Source: Heteronotia binoei
Lineage: Eukaryota
Assembly: GCF_032191835.1 (NCBI RefSeq)
Contig: NC_083226.1
Location: forward strand, 154,690,001 to 154,754,000
Direction of reading: 5' to 3'
DNA length: 64,000 bases
Below are positions 48,480 to 61,245 of this stretch, piece by piece. Under the pieces are notes generated by a model. It made no database searches and was not told the DNA's origin. It saw only the letters and a program-made list of their open reading frames with translations. Each line of letters starts with the position of its first letter. Position 1 is the first letter of the stretch. A program made the translations under genes and the position numbers.

Positions 48480-50140
48480 CTTTCTAGACTCCCTCCAGTC
48501 CAGCTTCCATCCAGGCCATGGGACGGAGACAGTTTTGGTCGCCCTGGTAGATGACTTCCAGTGGCATCTGAATCAAGGCGGTTTGGCAGTACTAATGTTG
48601 TTAGACCTATCATCTGCGTTCGATACGGTCGATCATCAGCTGCTGATTCACCTTCTCGCCAACGCAGGGATCCAGGGGTTGGCCTTACAGTGGCTTTCCT
48701 CTTTCCTTTGCGATTGGGGACAAAGGGTGTCAATTGGGGGAGAATCGTCTTGGAGACACACGTAATTGTGGTGTGCCTTGGGGCGGTTCTATCCCCGATG
48801 TTGTTTAACATCTACATGCAACTCCTTGCCCAGATTTCCCGGAGGTATGGGCTGGGTTGCCACCAGTATGCGGATGACACCCAGCTCTATCGATTGATTG
48901 ATTTATTTTATTTATTTATTACTTTACATTTATATCCCGCCCTCTCCGCAAGCGGACTCAGGGCGGCTTACAACATCATAAAAACAATTCAATAAAACAT
49001 ATAAAACCATAATTTACTTATCAATTTAAAAATTATTTGCGCTGTCTCAGTCCAGTCTGGCGGTATTGGCTTCTGACTATGATCGCCAGCTTCTGTAGGA
49101 TGTCCGGTGGCAGCCCATTTTCAATCAACCAGAAAAGCCTGTTTAAATAGTTTGGTCTTACAGGCCCTGCGGAACGCCGACAAATCCCGCAGGGCCCTTA
49201 TAGCTTCTGGGAGGGTGTTCCAGAATGGTCAATCTGAGGATATCCCAATGATGAATGGTCAATCTGAGGATGTCCCAGAAAACCTGGATCAGGCATTGCA
49301 AACTGTGGCTGGATGGATTAAACTGAGCTGACTGAAGCTGAATACGATGAAGATAGAGGTCCTTTGCCTGAGTCGTGGTGGTCTGGGTAGGGGAATTCCC
49401 CTACCAACTTTTGACAGTGCTCCACTGACAGCGGCGCACAAGGTCAGAAGTTTGGGGGTGCTACTGGAGTCCTCCCTGACAATGGAGGCCCAGATAGCAG
49501 CGAAATCTGCCTTTTTCTACTTTAGGTGGAAACAGTTGGCTCCTTTCCTTGACCGTAATAACCTGGCAACTGTGATCCATGCAATGGTCACCTCAAGACT
49601 GGACTACTATAAAGCCCTCTACATGGGGCTGTCCTTGTCACGAACCCAGAAACTACAGCTAGTGCAGAACGCGGCGGCCAAGCTGTTAATGGGGCTGCCC
49701 AGGTGGGAGCACATACAGCTGGCACTGCAAGAACTGCACTGGCTGCAGTCCCCACACGTTCCCCAGAAAGTACTAAGATCAGGAACTCAACATCTTTTAG
49801 TGATCCCCGGGCCGAGAGAGGCGAGACTGACGGCTACCAGGGATCGCGCCATCTCAGTAGCGGCTCCCCACTGGTGGAACCAGCTGCCGGAAGAGGTTAG
49901 GGCCTTGCAGGACCTTGCCCAATTCCACAAGGCCTGCAAGACCATACTCTTCCACTTGCTTTCGGCTGACTTTGAGACTGTAACAGCAGGAGGAATCCAG
50001 GGGATACTGAACAACATCAGAATATTACTTGCACCAACTGTTTTTAAATTGTTTTAAATTTAATTGATTGTAATGTGATGATTACTGTAAGCCGCCCTGA
50101 GCCTGCCTCGGTGGGGAGGGCAGGGTATAAATTTAATAAA
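48480..50140 (+). mobile_element. L2-clade LINE RT and 3' end, interrupted
   Basis: LLDLSSAFDTVDH, GAVLSPMLFNIYM, HQYADDTQLY; 236-aa ORF 49347-50057; GCCGCCCTGAGCC..GGGTATAAAT tail. Confidence 0.9.
48893..49222 (-). mobile_element. Antisense L2 3' fragment nested in L2
   Basis: (TTTA)n tail and ATATCCCGCCCTCTCC..TCAGGGCGGCTTACA at the left end; inserted just after the YADD motif. Confidence 0.8.
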
Positions 50141-50568
50141 ACCTAAACCTAGGAAGGAAATTCCATAGTACAGCACAGTTGTGGAATAGTTCCTACTCTC
50201 ATCCCAGCAGCTGATGTGGAAGGCACTTTGAGCAACTCCAGTTGGAGTGGGAACACTCCAGTAGGAAACGTTTGTTCAGTTTAATTTTTCTTGGCTAATG
50301 GCTACCTATTTTGTGTTCTGGACAAAATATCTTAAGAGCACAGTAGAACATATATATTTTGCTGATTACACAGCTGCACTCACCTTAGCTGTTTACTTCA
50401 CCTGTTCCCCCCCAATTGGCATAATATGAGTAATGACTCTGTGTATGTGCTTTCAGATGCTATGTAATCTTGAGCATACTGTCAGAGTTTTTGATGGTAG
50501 TTCTGTTTCAGAGTACCTTCTAAAAGTAACTAAGTGTTATCATTAACTGTATTGTTCTGCTCTTTCAG

Positions 50569-50738
50569 CAATTCAGAATCCAGAAATAGTTGCTCTTCGG
50601 GGTGGTTTGAGTACTATTTTGAAGAATGTGATCGATTGTCAGTTAAGTCGCATAAATGAAGCTCTCATAACAACTGTCTTGCATCTTCTCAATCATCCAA
50701 AGACTAGGCAATACGTGCGAGCAGATGTCGAGCTAGAG
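50569..50738 (+). CDS. RICTOR: RICTOR exon 8 (170 nt; AIQNPEIVALRGGLSTILKNVIDCQLSRINEALITTVLHLLNHPKTRQYVRADVELE)
   Basis: CAG acceptor, GTAGGA donor, homology. Confidence 0.97.
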
Positions 50739-51684
50739 GTAGGAGCTGCACGTTGTTGTAGTGTACCTGTACTCTGCCATACATGAAGACTTTTTAGAAA
50801 TCCCTAGTGGGCTCTGCAGAGTTCTCTCTTCATGTTATCTGGTTAGCTTTAACTACCTAACTAATGAGCTGATGACTGAGAAACTTTGCATGGTGAATAG
50901 TGTGGTAGAAATTATATTTTTATAGAAAGAAATGTCCATTCCACAGAGCTTTTCAAACTCTCTTGTCGTTTGAAGATAGGAGACGATGGCACCTGCCTAT
51001 AAAAAGATTAAAAATTGGTTGCTAACTGGATCATGGCAGTGCAGTTCCTAACAGTGGAACACATTCTAATTGCGATAGGGGGAATTTTTCTTGGGTCTGT
51101 TATTAGTTGCTTTCTGCCAGGAGTGTTTGTGTAACGAAAAGTATTGCAGAGTGAGCTTTTCAAAGCTGCCAAGTTGGTGCAGGATTATTAGCTTGGTATA
51201 CATCTGTTTTAACAATTGGAGTGACTAGGTCTCAGAGGTCAGAAATGGGCCTCCTAGTAGATTTCCCTTTATGAACTTTAAATTTGCTTAACTTGAGTCC
51301 TATAAAGAAAGCAACTAGGTTGATCAGTTTATCTAGGGAAGGAAAGCACTTTCGTAGAGTAAAGGTGGAAAGAAAAGTGCATTATTCATATTTTAATGTT
51401 TAACACATGGCTGTAGTGGAAATGAAATTTGTCTAATGCAGGCAACTAATAGAAAGATAAGGATTGGCAGGCAGTGCTAATTGCATGCCGTGCTTTATGC
51501 AGTGCTGTTCATGATTCGGAAGATCTGCCTCCGTAAGAGATATGGTGAGCCTGTGCCTTGAAGGAAGAGACAATGTTTTACTTGCTTGTTAAAAAAACAG
51601 TGTAATGAATGGGCATCAGACAGCAAAAACTGTGTACAGTAGTGGCACTAAAAATGACTTTTACCTTTTGTTTCCTCTTTGCAG

Positions 51685-51752
51685 CGGATTTTAGCTCCAT
51701 ACACAGACTTTCACTACAGGCACAATCCAGACACTGCAGAGGGACAGCTCAA
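51685..51752 (+). CDS. RICTOR: RICTOR exon 9 (68 nt; RILAPYTDFHYRHNPDTAEGQLK)
   Basis: CAG acceptor, GTAAGT donor, homology. Confidence 0.97.
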
Positions 51753-51937
51753 GTAAGTAGTACTTTAGTAGACTTTGGGCTGAAGTTATTTATTTAAAAC
51801 TTTCAAAGCTTCTTGGGCCAGGTCAGTACATTTAGATTAATCAGTATTATTGGCCTTCCTAAGAGAGTTGCATGGTTAAGTTACTCATATTAAGACTGGA
51901 GCTCTGCAGCCTGGTCTGAGTCACTGAGCTTGGGTTA

Positions 51938-52230
51938 TTTGGTGTAGTTTGGTGCAGTGGTTTGGTGTAGTAGCTAAGTGCATGGATTCTTATCTGGGAG
52001 AACCGGGTTTGATTCTCCACTCCTCCACTTGCACCTGCTGGAATGGCCTTGGGTTAGACACAGCTATTGCAGAGGTTGTACTTGAAAGGGCAGCTGCTGT
52101 GAGAGCCCTCTCAGCCCCACCCACCTCACAGGGTGTCTGTTGTGGGGGGAGAAGATAAAGGAGATTGTAAGCCGCTCTGAGTCTCTGTTTCAGAGAGAAA
52201 GGCGGAGTATAAAACTGCAATTCTTCTTCT
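51938..52230 (+). mobile_element. Squam3-like SINE in intron 9
   Basis: Full-length family match; TTTGGTG(T/C)AG head occurs three times. Confidence 0.88.
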
Positions 52231-52473
52231 CTTTGTATTGACAATATTGCTGGTTAATAGTTACAGCCAGGCAGAATATTTTGTGTTCGGTTGCATTCTC
52301 TGTTTTGAATACTTCTTAAGATGATTTTTTTGGGTAGGTAATATGTTTGTAATAAACAATTTGGCTTTTTAAAAAAGATTATCATACATTCTTATTAGGT
52401 GTACCATTTTAAATAAACAATCAATCGTGTAAATACCCTCATTATCTTTGTAAAATTTGTTTTCCCACCTCAG

Positions 52474-52541
52474 AGAGGACAGAGAAGCACGGCTCTCAGC
52501 AAGCAAAATGGGAATAGTAGCAGCATTTCGTTCATGGGCAG
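52474..52541 (+). CDS. RICTOR: RICTOR exon 10 (68 nt; EDREARLSASKMGIVAAFRSWA)
   Basis: CAG acceptor, GTAAGT donor, homology. Confidence 0.97.
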
Positions 52542-53279
52542 GTAAGTTTTCCGTTTCAGCTCTGAAGCACAATTAATGCAAAAGTAGCCTATTTTGAGTG
52601 TGGAGAAGAAGTGTGGAATTTGCTATTGGTTGCAAAATACATCATCTTGAGAATTTGTCTTGATTTTTTTTTTTTAAAGAAGACTGTCTGATTCAAGGCT
52701 TTGAAGACAGGCTTGAAATGTGCCAGCAGTATCTACTAAAATGTCGGAAACCAGAGGCTAGACATTCCTTTTTTAAAACAAATGGAAGTTGAATTGTGCA
52801 CCAGTACCAAATTCCATTCTTCTGTGTAATTGGATATGAATTATTGAAGTTTTTCCATGAATTATTGAAGTATTATGGAAAACACTTGGGGATGGGTGTC
52901 TGAAGAACTAAGCCGGATCAAGATGATGCAAGAGAAAGTTTGAGGTGACACCCACAGATTAAAAATGTGGATGGCATATACGCTAGAGTTAAAGAATGCA
53001 GATGTGATATTATTGACCTTTTAACAAAACAAAAAAACACATAGCTTGTCACAAGTTAAGCTTTATAGGGACTGCTCTGCTGACTGCTTAAATAACAAAA
53101 AATACAGAATATGAATAAACAGTTTTAACAGTGGAATGGAGCAAGAAATTGGGTTTTTGTGGTGTTTAGAAAAAATGCTCTGGAATCATGAGTGAGATCT
53201 AATGAATTTCTCCAAACTGAACGGGCAATAAAATTTTAAAAATAAAGTTCATTGTAAATAATGTAGATGTACATTAGGT

Positions 53280-53900
53280 TAAAAAGAATATCTATGTACG
53301 CACTGGTGAGCTCAGAACTGACTGAGGCTATCTAGAAAGGCAGCTCCATGAATAAGTATTTTCACTGTGCAGTAGCAGCAAGAAGACTTCGTTCTGTGCA
53401 TGGGATATCAGGAAAGGGACCCAAAATGAAACGACCAATGTCACAATGCAGTTACATAAATCTGTGGTACATCCATATTTGAAATAGTGCATATACAGTT
53501 CTTTTCAACCCATTTCAAAAAGAGATGCTGGGAAGAGTACAGAGAAGTATAATTGTGAGTTAGAGCATTTTCCTTATGAGAAAAAATTAAAACAGACTTC
53601 CAAAGAAAGACATGGCAAGGAGGGAAAGTGAATGATTAAGAGAAAATGGACAAAGAATACTCCTCCCCCACCCCTCCCTCCAATACTAGAACTCAGAATC
53701 ACCAAATGAAATTATTATTGGTAAGTTCTGGAATATAAGAAAAGCACTTCTTCATGTATCTTCTCATAAGTATGGAATGATTGCCATAAGATGTGTTGAT
53801 GGGCATTAGTTTTAAATGGCTTTGAAACAAAATACATGGAAAATCCTGGATTGCTAACAGTAATATAATTTAATGATATCTCCATGTTTAGGTGCTATTC
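53280..53900 (+). mobile_element. Old CR1 3' fragment
   Basis: Degraded CR1 RT C-terminus (CAATACTAGAACTCAG.., AAGCACTTCTTCA.., TATGGAAT..TTGCCA). Confidence 0.6.
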
Positions 53901-54320
53901 TGAGTATGAGGCATTATGAGCAAAGAGGGCCAGAAGATTGTCATGCTCTACTCTCAAGCTGCTGAGTTACCACTTTTGGAAACTTAGTGATGATCTGGAT
54001 TAACTAACCCTCGGTTTGATGCACTAGAGTTCTGTGTTGTCATAAATTTTCTAAAGGGGTTCTGTTCTATTAACATGGAAAAGACAATAATGGAGTTATA
54101 TTCCTCCCAGATGAAGATAGCGTCTCAGCCTTTTTGAGTTACATTTTTGTATTATTCATGCAGTGAAGATATTCTCATGGTTGTTTTAATGCTCTGAACT
54201 TTACACAGGATTGTTCTTGTGCTGTCTTTGTATAATTAGCTCTTTTCTATCATAGACATTTACAAATGAGAAAATCTTTAACTGCGCTGTTGTATAACTA
54301 CACATTTATTTTTATTTTAG

Positions 54321-54403
54321 GCATTATCAGTTTGTGCAAGCCTGGGAATTCTGGGATCCAGTCTCTTATTGGTGTGCTGTGCATACCTAACATGGAAATT
54401 CGG
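54321..54403 (+). CDS. RICTOR: RICTOR exon 11 (83 nt; GIISLCKPGNSGIQSLIGVLCIPNMEIR)
   Basis: TAG acceptor, GTATGT donor, homology. Confidence 0.97.
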
Positions 54404-55093
54404 GTATGTATTTTACAGGTAGAACTCTTATATTGTATGTGCCTTCATAGGTAGTAGTCAGTTTTTGTCTTATGTTCCTGTTAATGTCCTGGATTTGTGC
54501 CATCTTATTTTACTGATGATGGGATAGTGGCCTTGTTGGGGACATTACTACTTATAGCTCTCCAGTGCCTTCACAGCATAAGAGGTTAAGCCAGAAATGC
54601 ATATGGGCTGCTCAGAAGTGATGTTGAACTACCAGGGCTCAGATGTCATCACAGACATCCACAGGCCACGAACTTAGCTCCTGTGAGGGTGAACAGAGTT
54701 GGAGAGCTGCAGATTGAGAGGAGCCCCAGATATTCAAAGGGGACCTTGGTTCAGTGGATGGAAGGGACAGAGGAGTCACCAATGAGAAGTCCATTGAGAT
54801 GCCCTGCTGCAAGGAGAAGCGTAGAACACTGGCAAAGTTGTGGTGAACAATCTCAGTGGCATCCCAGCAGTTCAGGGCTCCCTAGCTTCTACAGTGACCC
54901 AAATCATAGACTTACAGCTCAGTCTGAAACAGAGTTACCCCCTTTTACATGTGTTGACTTCAGTGTTTAGGATTATGCTGCTAATTATGTTAATGAAATC
55001 AGAGCCTTGCCCGCCCCCCCCCCCCAATGAACAAGAAAACAGAATTTGAAAAGAGGTGTTTTTATGAACTATGGGAATAATAACTGACAAGGT

Positions 55094-55800
55094 GGTTCAG
55101 GTGGGTAGCTGTGTTGGTCTAAAGCAATAGAACAGAATTTGAGTCCAGTGTCAAAGTTTAATTTTAGATATAGGCTTTCGTGTGCATGCACACTTCTTCA
55201 GATACATTAAACCAGATTTCTTCTAGCCTTACTATAGGTGGTGGGGGGGGGTTAGTTACCAAGAAAGGCTAGAAAAGTCAAGATGCATAAGTAACTAAGC
55301 GATAAATGTAGCCAGAAGTGGATTAACTTCTGGGTGCAAAAATGTATTTGTGTATAAAAGCTAGACCAGTCAAAAAAGCCACTAAAAGCAGAAACTATAT
55401 ATTTGCATAACTGGAATATATGAAATTTACATCTTAAAGATGCAGTTTATTCATAAATTTATCTTCATCTATGTCTATTTGCCAGTAATTGTAGCTGTGT
55501 TGGTTCTTTGTGTTGTTTCCTTGATTAGCACACGGCTTTCTTTTAGTGGGTTCTTGTAACTTATAATTCAGCAGTCTCCCAGTCTGTTTCTGAAATTTCT
55601 GTGCGATACAGCAGCTACTTTGAGGAAGGTTGAAATGTTCTACAGGTTTCTCAATTTTGTTACTTATGCATCTTGACTCTAAGCCTTTCCCGGCAACTAC
55701 CCTCCCCCCCAATATGTAAGGTTTGAGGAAACGTGTGTGCACACGAAAGCTTGTACACAGAGTTAAAATGTGTTGATCTTAAAGGTGTCACTGCACTCAA
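55094..55800. mobile_element. Penelope-like fragment with inverted termini
   Basis: Minus-strand terminus with hammerhead motif (55167-55205) and a plus-strand degenerate terminus (about 55725-55800); the interior is less certain. Confidence 0.6.
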
Positions 55801-56680
55801 AGTATAACAAGGTGGTGTTTTATCAAGTTAATTGCATTGCATTGTAATTAAGACCTACTCATGACATGTCAGTCTTGAAGCAGGCATTATTGATCTTTCT
55901 GTAGTTAATTGGAAGTAAAACTGCATGAAAGCCGTGTTTTATTACAGCTGTGTTTCTAAAAAAGCAGCATTAAAGTACAGTACATATTCTACAATAAAAT
56001 GTTAAATGATTATATGCAACTGATAATTCCTGCATATCAGGTAGTTGTTTTTCATTGTACAAAATGTGGAATGCCAGTGCAGGAGGGGGGGGCGGCTTTG
56101 GATCCTCCACCACTGTCACTGTAATCGTACTTTTGTGGTGAAGATGGGCTGGGCTAGTTTGTAGGCAAGTTACACCGTGACTAGTAGGGACTGGATGTAC
56201 TGAATTCAATTTTAAAATGTAAATCAGTTGCCCTTGCTTCTAAGTAGAAGGAAAACTGTAAAACATAGAAGTGCTTCATTGTAGCAGAGCCACAGTGCCT
56301 ACATGTGGAGGGATCCTCATAGGTTTCAAGAGAACCCAGGTTCCCCTCTCCTTTCCCCCGCCCCCTTGACATGCATGTGCTTGTACAAAGCAGGAAGTCT
56401 CCTATGGCCATATCCAGTGCTCCCTCTTGTCTTGAAGCTCAGATAACTTGCAAACATCCCTGCATTCCCGTAGTGACCCATTTTGCCAAGGGGGTGCTTG
56501 CACAAAAAGGCAGAACTCTGAACCATAACGATACTTGGAACTATTGCACCTGGCATCATTGTTTCCTTAGACAATTTTTAAAGGAATGCTAAAATCCTCT
56601 GAAATTTTTGACATACCGCTTCAACAGAAGTGCACAAATCTGTGTTGACTTTTGTGACCATATTTCCATTTTGTTTATAG

Positions 56681-56768
56681 CGGGGCCTACTTGAAGTTCT
56701 TTATGATATATTTCGCCTCCCTCTTCCCGTTGTGACAGAAGAATTTATAGAAGCACTTCTCAGCGTGG
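56681..56768 (+). CDS. RICTOR: RICTOR exon 12 (88 nt; RGLLEVLYDIFRLPLPVVTEEFIEALLSV)
   Basis: TAG acceptor, GTTAGT donor, homology. Confidence 0.97.
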
Positions 56769-58378
56769 GTTAGTATTTAGCCTTTGTATGTTCCCCATAT
56801 TTTTCTTCCCACTGGCGACGTGTTGTGGTTGAGTGGGATGTATTCATAATTGTCTCCCTCACTGGTATTATTTCCTTTCCTCGTGCCTACATGCTGCCCT
56901 CATGTTAGCAAGGTAAAGCTGTAACCATCGCCAAGGCCTGGCTCAGACACAACAGTAAACCATGGTATAATTTGGATGTCTGGTTTAATCCTGGATTATT
57001 TTATAGTCTGATTTAATCCTGGATGAAACTGAACAAACAATAGTTAGTAGTGGTTCAAGTGAAACAGCAGTTATGGTTTGCCATGGAGGTGTTTAATTTT
57101 CAGGCTGTAAACAAAGGAGGGTGGGGGGGGAGAGAGATTGTGTAGCCAGAGACCCTCCAGGTTTGTTTATAATTGTTTTATGGATCCCCAAGACTTGTTT
57201 GGTTTTATGTCTAATCCAGATCAGATCCAGTTTGGAGTTTAAAAATTGATCGCAGGCCAGACAAGAGTTCATTTATAAGCCTGAAGTTTCTAGATTTTGA
57301 AACTGAATCTAATTAGTTTGTGTAGAGTTCTCCCACCCTCCCGCATCTTTCTGCTTTCAGTCATACTATAATTGCCTGCTGTTTTAGTGATATGAATGTT
57401 TCCAAATTGCTTGTAGCTTTCTTGAGATTTGTATGGAGTGTTTTTATGAAGTTATGTAATTTTGAATAACATTGATCCCTTGGGGAGGAGGAGTAGCAAC
57501 ATGTAAATATTTTAAATAAATAATATGGTTATCTCCTTGAGGAGAATTTTACTTCCCTGCAGTGGATAAATATTATTAGGAAACTTACTGTGTTGGTTTC
57601 CTGCTCAATATGGTAGGCTGACAGACTACATCAGCAAAGGGATTGCACTAGTTGTTCCAATTATTGTTCCAATGTGGGAATAATGAACGGAGAAGGAAAA
57701 TGGGGGGATTATGAAGGTCAACTATATTCCTGAGTAAGCTTTTGCTTGATCTTCATGTTTCCCTTTTTTTGCCTCTATTTCTCTGCTGTTCTTTCATGCT
57801 TATGCACCTTCGATGTGTAAAGATTAACAATGGGGATAGATAATAGGATGGTGATAAGATGACAAGAAAGTCAAATAATATGCAAATAAACTCTGGGTCC
57901 CCATCTCCACGAAGTAGATAGCTTAACTGTGAAGCCTCATATTTTCCAGGCTGTCTTCTGAATGCAACAAGTTCATTTTGAAAATAACTTTGTTCAGCTC
58001 AGAACATATTCCTCTGTGTTTGTGTGTATGTGTGTGGGGGGGGGGTTACCCTGGAAGTGGTGCTCAGGAAGAGCAAAATGAACCTGAATCTGATGTGATT
58101 AGTATTAGCAGGACAGAAGAAGGGTGGCCCGGGCCTCTGCTTTTGTGAGTGTAAAGAAAATAAGTTGTTAGGGAGAAATGGGCCTCTAAAAGGTAGTTAC
58201 TGGATCCCCTCTTATGTGTATATTGTAGTCACAGAGTTTGCCTCACAAAAGCAAAGGGTATTATTGGGAGACAAGAAAAAACAATAACAATAAAAACCAA
58301 AACAAATGAATTGTGGAACTGTGGAGGAAAACTGGCTGTTTCTTTTTTTCACCCCTACTTAATATTTTCTTGTTTCAG

Positions 58379-58469
58379 ATCCAAGTCGCTTTCAAGACAG
58401 TTGGAGGCTTTCTGATGGCTTTGTAGCTGCAGAAGCTAAAATTATATTACCTCACAGAGCCAGATCCAG
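58379..58469 (+). CDS. RICTOR: RICTOR exon 13 (91 nt; DPSRFQDSWRLSDGFVAAEAKIILPHRARSR)
   Basis: CAG acceptor, GTATTT donor, homology. Confidence 0.97.
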
Positions 58470-58674
58470 GTATTTATGGTGAAAAGGTTTAACTTGTAGT
58501 GCTACTTCTTCCATCTGTATTGGAATGTAAAATACAGCCTTGTGTAGTAATTTTAAACTCTTCGGTTTTTTGTTACTATAAGCTGCTTTGAGAGTCAGTT
58601 TATGACACAAAAGAAGGCTAAAATGCAATGAATGAAGACCTGATTTTTTTTTTCCTTGTTACACATTTATCTAG

Positions 58675-58741
58675 ACCTGACCTCATGGACAATTACTTGG
58701 CACTTATTCTCTCTGCTTTCATTACAAATGGACTCCTAGAA
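58675..58741 (+). CDS. RICTOR: RICTOR exon 14 (67 nt; PDLMDNYLALILSAFITNGLLE)
   Basis: TAG acceptor, GTAAGT donor, homology. Confidence 0.97.
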
Positions 58742-58811
58742 GTAAGTTGAGATTTTTAATTTAGACAATAAATGTTTAAATACCACTTTGTTGTGGGATC
58801 TTTCTTATAAA

Positions 58812-59214
58812 TCGACTGTGGGGTGACATGATAGAGGTTTACAAGATAATGCATGGGATGGAGAAAGTAGAGAAAGAAGTACTTTTCTCCCTTTCTCACA
58901 ATACAAGAACTCGTGGGCATTCGATGAAATTGCTGAGCAGTCAGGTTAAAACAGATAAAAGGAAGTACTTCTTCACCCAAAGGGTGATTAACATGTGGAA
59001 TTCACTGCCACAGGAGGTGGTGGCAGCTACAAGCATAGACAGCTTCAAGAGGGGGTTAGATAAAAATATGGAGCAGAGGTCCATCAGTGGCTATTAACCA
59101 CAGTGTGTGTGTGTGTGTGTATAGATATATATTAATTTTTTTGGCCACTGTGTGACACAGAGTGTTGGACTGGATGGGCCATTGGCCTGATCCAACATGG
59201 CTTCTCTTATGTTC
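58812..59214 (+). mobile_element. Young CR1 3' fragment in intron 14
   Basis: ORF 58828-59097 MIEVYKIMHGMEKVEKEVLFSLSHNTRTRGHSMKL...; CTTATGTTCT tail; internal (TG)n. Confidence 0.92.
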
Positions 59215-59268
59215 TAAGCAGTATCAGTGGAATGGTTATGGCAGTTGTTCATGTCTTAATTCTTTCAG

Positions 59269-59349
59269 GGCCTGGTCGAAGTGATCACAAGCAGCAATGA
59301 CCATATATCTGTCAGAGCAACCATCTTACTGGGTGAACTTCTGCATATG
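59269..59349 (+). CDS. RICTOR: RICTOR exon 15 (81 nt; GLVEVITSSNDHISVRATILLGELLHM)
   Basis: CAG acceptor, GTAAGA donor, homology. Confidence 0.97.
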
Positions 59350-60346
59350 GTAAGAAAAGACTTTTAAAAAAAACCCACCAGTTTGTTCCATTCTTTACCC
59401 TGGAACTCATTTTAAGGTTGGACTTCATCTCCGGTGACTGGAGGCAAGGAAATAAATTTTAAAGGAATAGTTGAGGAAGGATGCAATTGCATCTAGGCAC
59501 ACTGCTTCCTCTGTTTGCCTCATGGTGCTTGGTGTAGATTGTGATCTCTGGATCCTTATAATGCAGGTACATAGGACAAGAGCACAGGCCAGTCTTAACG
59601 GTTCAAAAGCTTCTTTAGTTAGAATAATGAGCTGATGAGTTATGCAAGTTATTGTATTTCTGCAGGCTGTTTGTGTTGTTTTCTTAGACTGGCTGTAAAA
59701 TTCATAGCTTCAATGACTTGATAATGAACTGAAAATATCTGTTAGGGATGATGTTGTTTGTTTGTTTGTTTTTAACCAGGGTTGGTTCAGGCATTATTTG
59801 AAGCCAGGATTGGCCACTTAGAGAATTGGCCTGGGAGCCTGCAATTCACGCCCTCTTCCCTCCCTATGTACAAAGCAAAATAATTATTTCCAGGTTTTTC
59901 AGAAAACTGCATCTTGCTGTTATCACAAACTGTTGTTTGTCCTTGTTCTGTATACCAGGGTTCTAATCTGGAAATAAACTATTGTTTGAAATCCTGGTTT
60001 ACTTGGAAAAAATTATTTTTATCACACATGGGAGCAAAGAGATTGCACAACTCCACACTTCTTACAGAGCTGTTTATTCAGCATCTAACCGTGGTTTGCA
60101 GATATCTGAACTAAGCCTCAGAGTAATGTTACAAATAACACCCAAGTCTACAGGAACGATGCTTCTACTTTGTTTTCAGATTCAGGATTACCTCTTCTTT
60201 GAGATTATTAAACTGGCTTTGTGTGAGAAGTGATTTGTTTTTCCAATGATTCTGTATTCCATTCGACTTAACTATTATCTTCAGTGTCTGGGGGACTTGG
60301 GCTCTATTTGAAAAATCAAAACCTGTGAAGTGCTTCTGTTTTTCAG

Positions 60347-60447
60347 GCAAACACCATTCTTCCTCATTGTCACAGCCACCACTTACATTGCTTACCAACA
60401 TTAATGAATATGGCAGCTTCTTTTGACATTGAAAAGGAGAAAAGACT
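60347..60447 (+). CDS. RICTOR: RICTOR exon 16 (101 nt; ANTILPHCHSHHLHCLPTLMNMAASFDIEKEKRL)
   Basis: CAG acceptor, GTAAGC donor, homology. Confidence 0.97.
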
Positions 60448-61044
60448 GTAAGCATACTTTTATGAAAAATAAAATATATGCTGTGCTAAGTTGGAGACTG
60501 ATTTATACATTGAATGGAGACTTCTGTAAAGCCTGTCTTTTTGCAGTATGTTGTTTACCTCAATTCATGTTTCTAATAGCTTACGTATTTGGCATTGTAT
60601 CGTGAGCACATAGCTTGGGGAACAGTGCATAGAAACATGTTCTATAACTAAATGTCATGTATTGTTTCCTGCTAAGAGCCTTCCTCTAGAGAAGGACATT
60701 TGCATGCTGCTGAACCAGATGGTGGGATACAATGCCTCATATGAAATGTTCCCAGTATAAAATAGCAGAAATGGTTGGAGGAAATGGAGGAAGATGGGAA
60801 CATGGTCTAACTCTCATTGCTCCCATTTCCTGAAAGTAACCTATTGTTAGCGAGCAACAGTATACTGTATACTGCATCTATTTCCTTTCTGAAGTAATGG
60901 GTGACTTTAAAAAACTTTGCTATTAGCATTTTCTGTACTAAGTACTTTATCAACCCATCTGCAGGGAGGAGTTTCAAAGCCCTTCTGCAGTTCAAAGGAT
61001 GGGTAGAAAGAGGAAAATGAAGGCCAAAGTTATATACACATGGG

Positions 61045-61245
61045 AACTTAGGGATGGGGCTGTGGCTTAGTTTAGAGCATATGTGGGATACAGGTTCAGG
61101 CTTTGGTGTTTCTAGTTAGGTAAGTAGGTGAAAGGAACTATCCTTCTCTGGTGGAGATCCTGAGTAGACAATATTGAGTAAGAGTGTACAACATTGAGTG
61201 AAATGGACCAGTGATTTGGCTTCATATAAAAACAGCTTCACATTC
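61045..61245 (+). mobile_element. Degraded tRNA/CR1-tail SINE
   Basis: GGGGCTGTGGCTTAG head, CTGAGTAGACAATA and CAGCTTCA tail shared with 17996. Confidence 0.55.

Noticed and set aside
49347-50057. 236-aa ORF as a nested host gene
   Set aside because: It is the C-terminus of L2 ORF2 and is contiguous with RT motifs and an L2 tail.
54560-54950. Possible degraded LINE fragment (ORF 54683-54970)
   Set aside because: GC-richer than its flanks, but I could not recognise diagnostic RT motifs.
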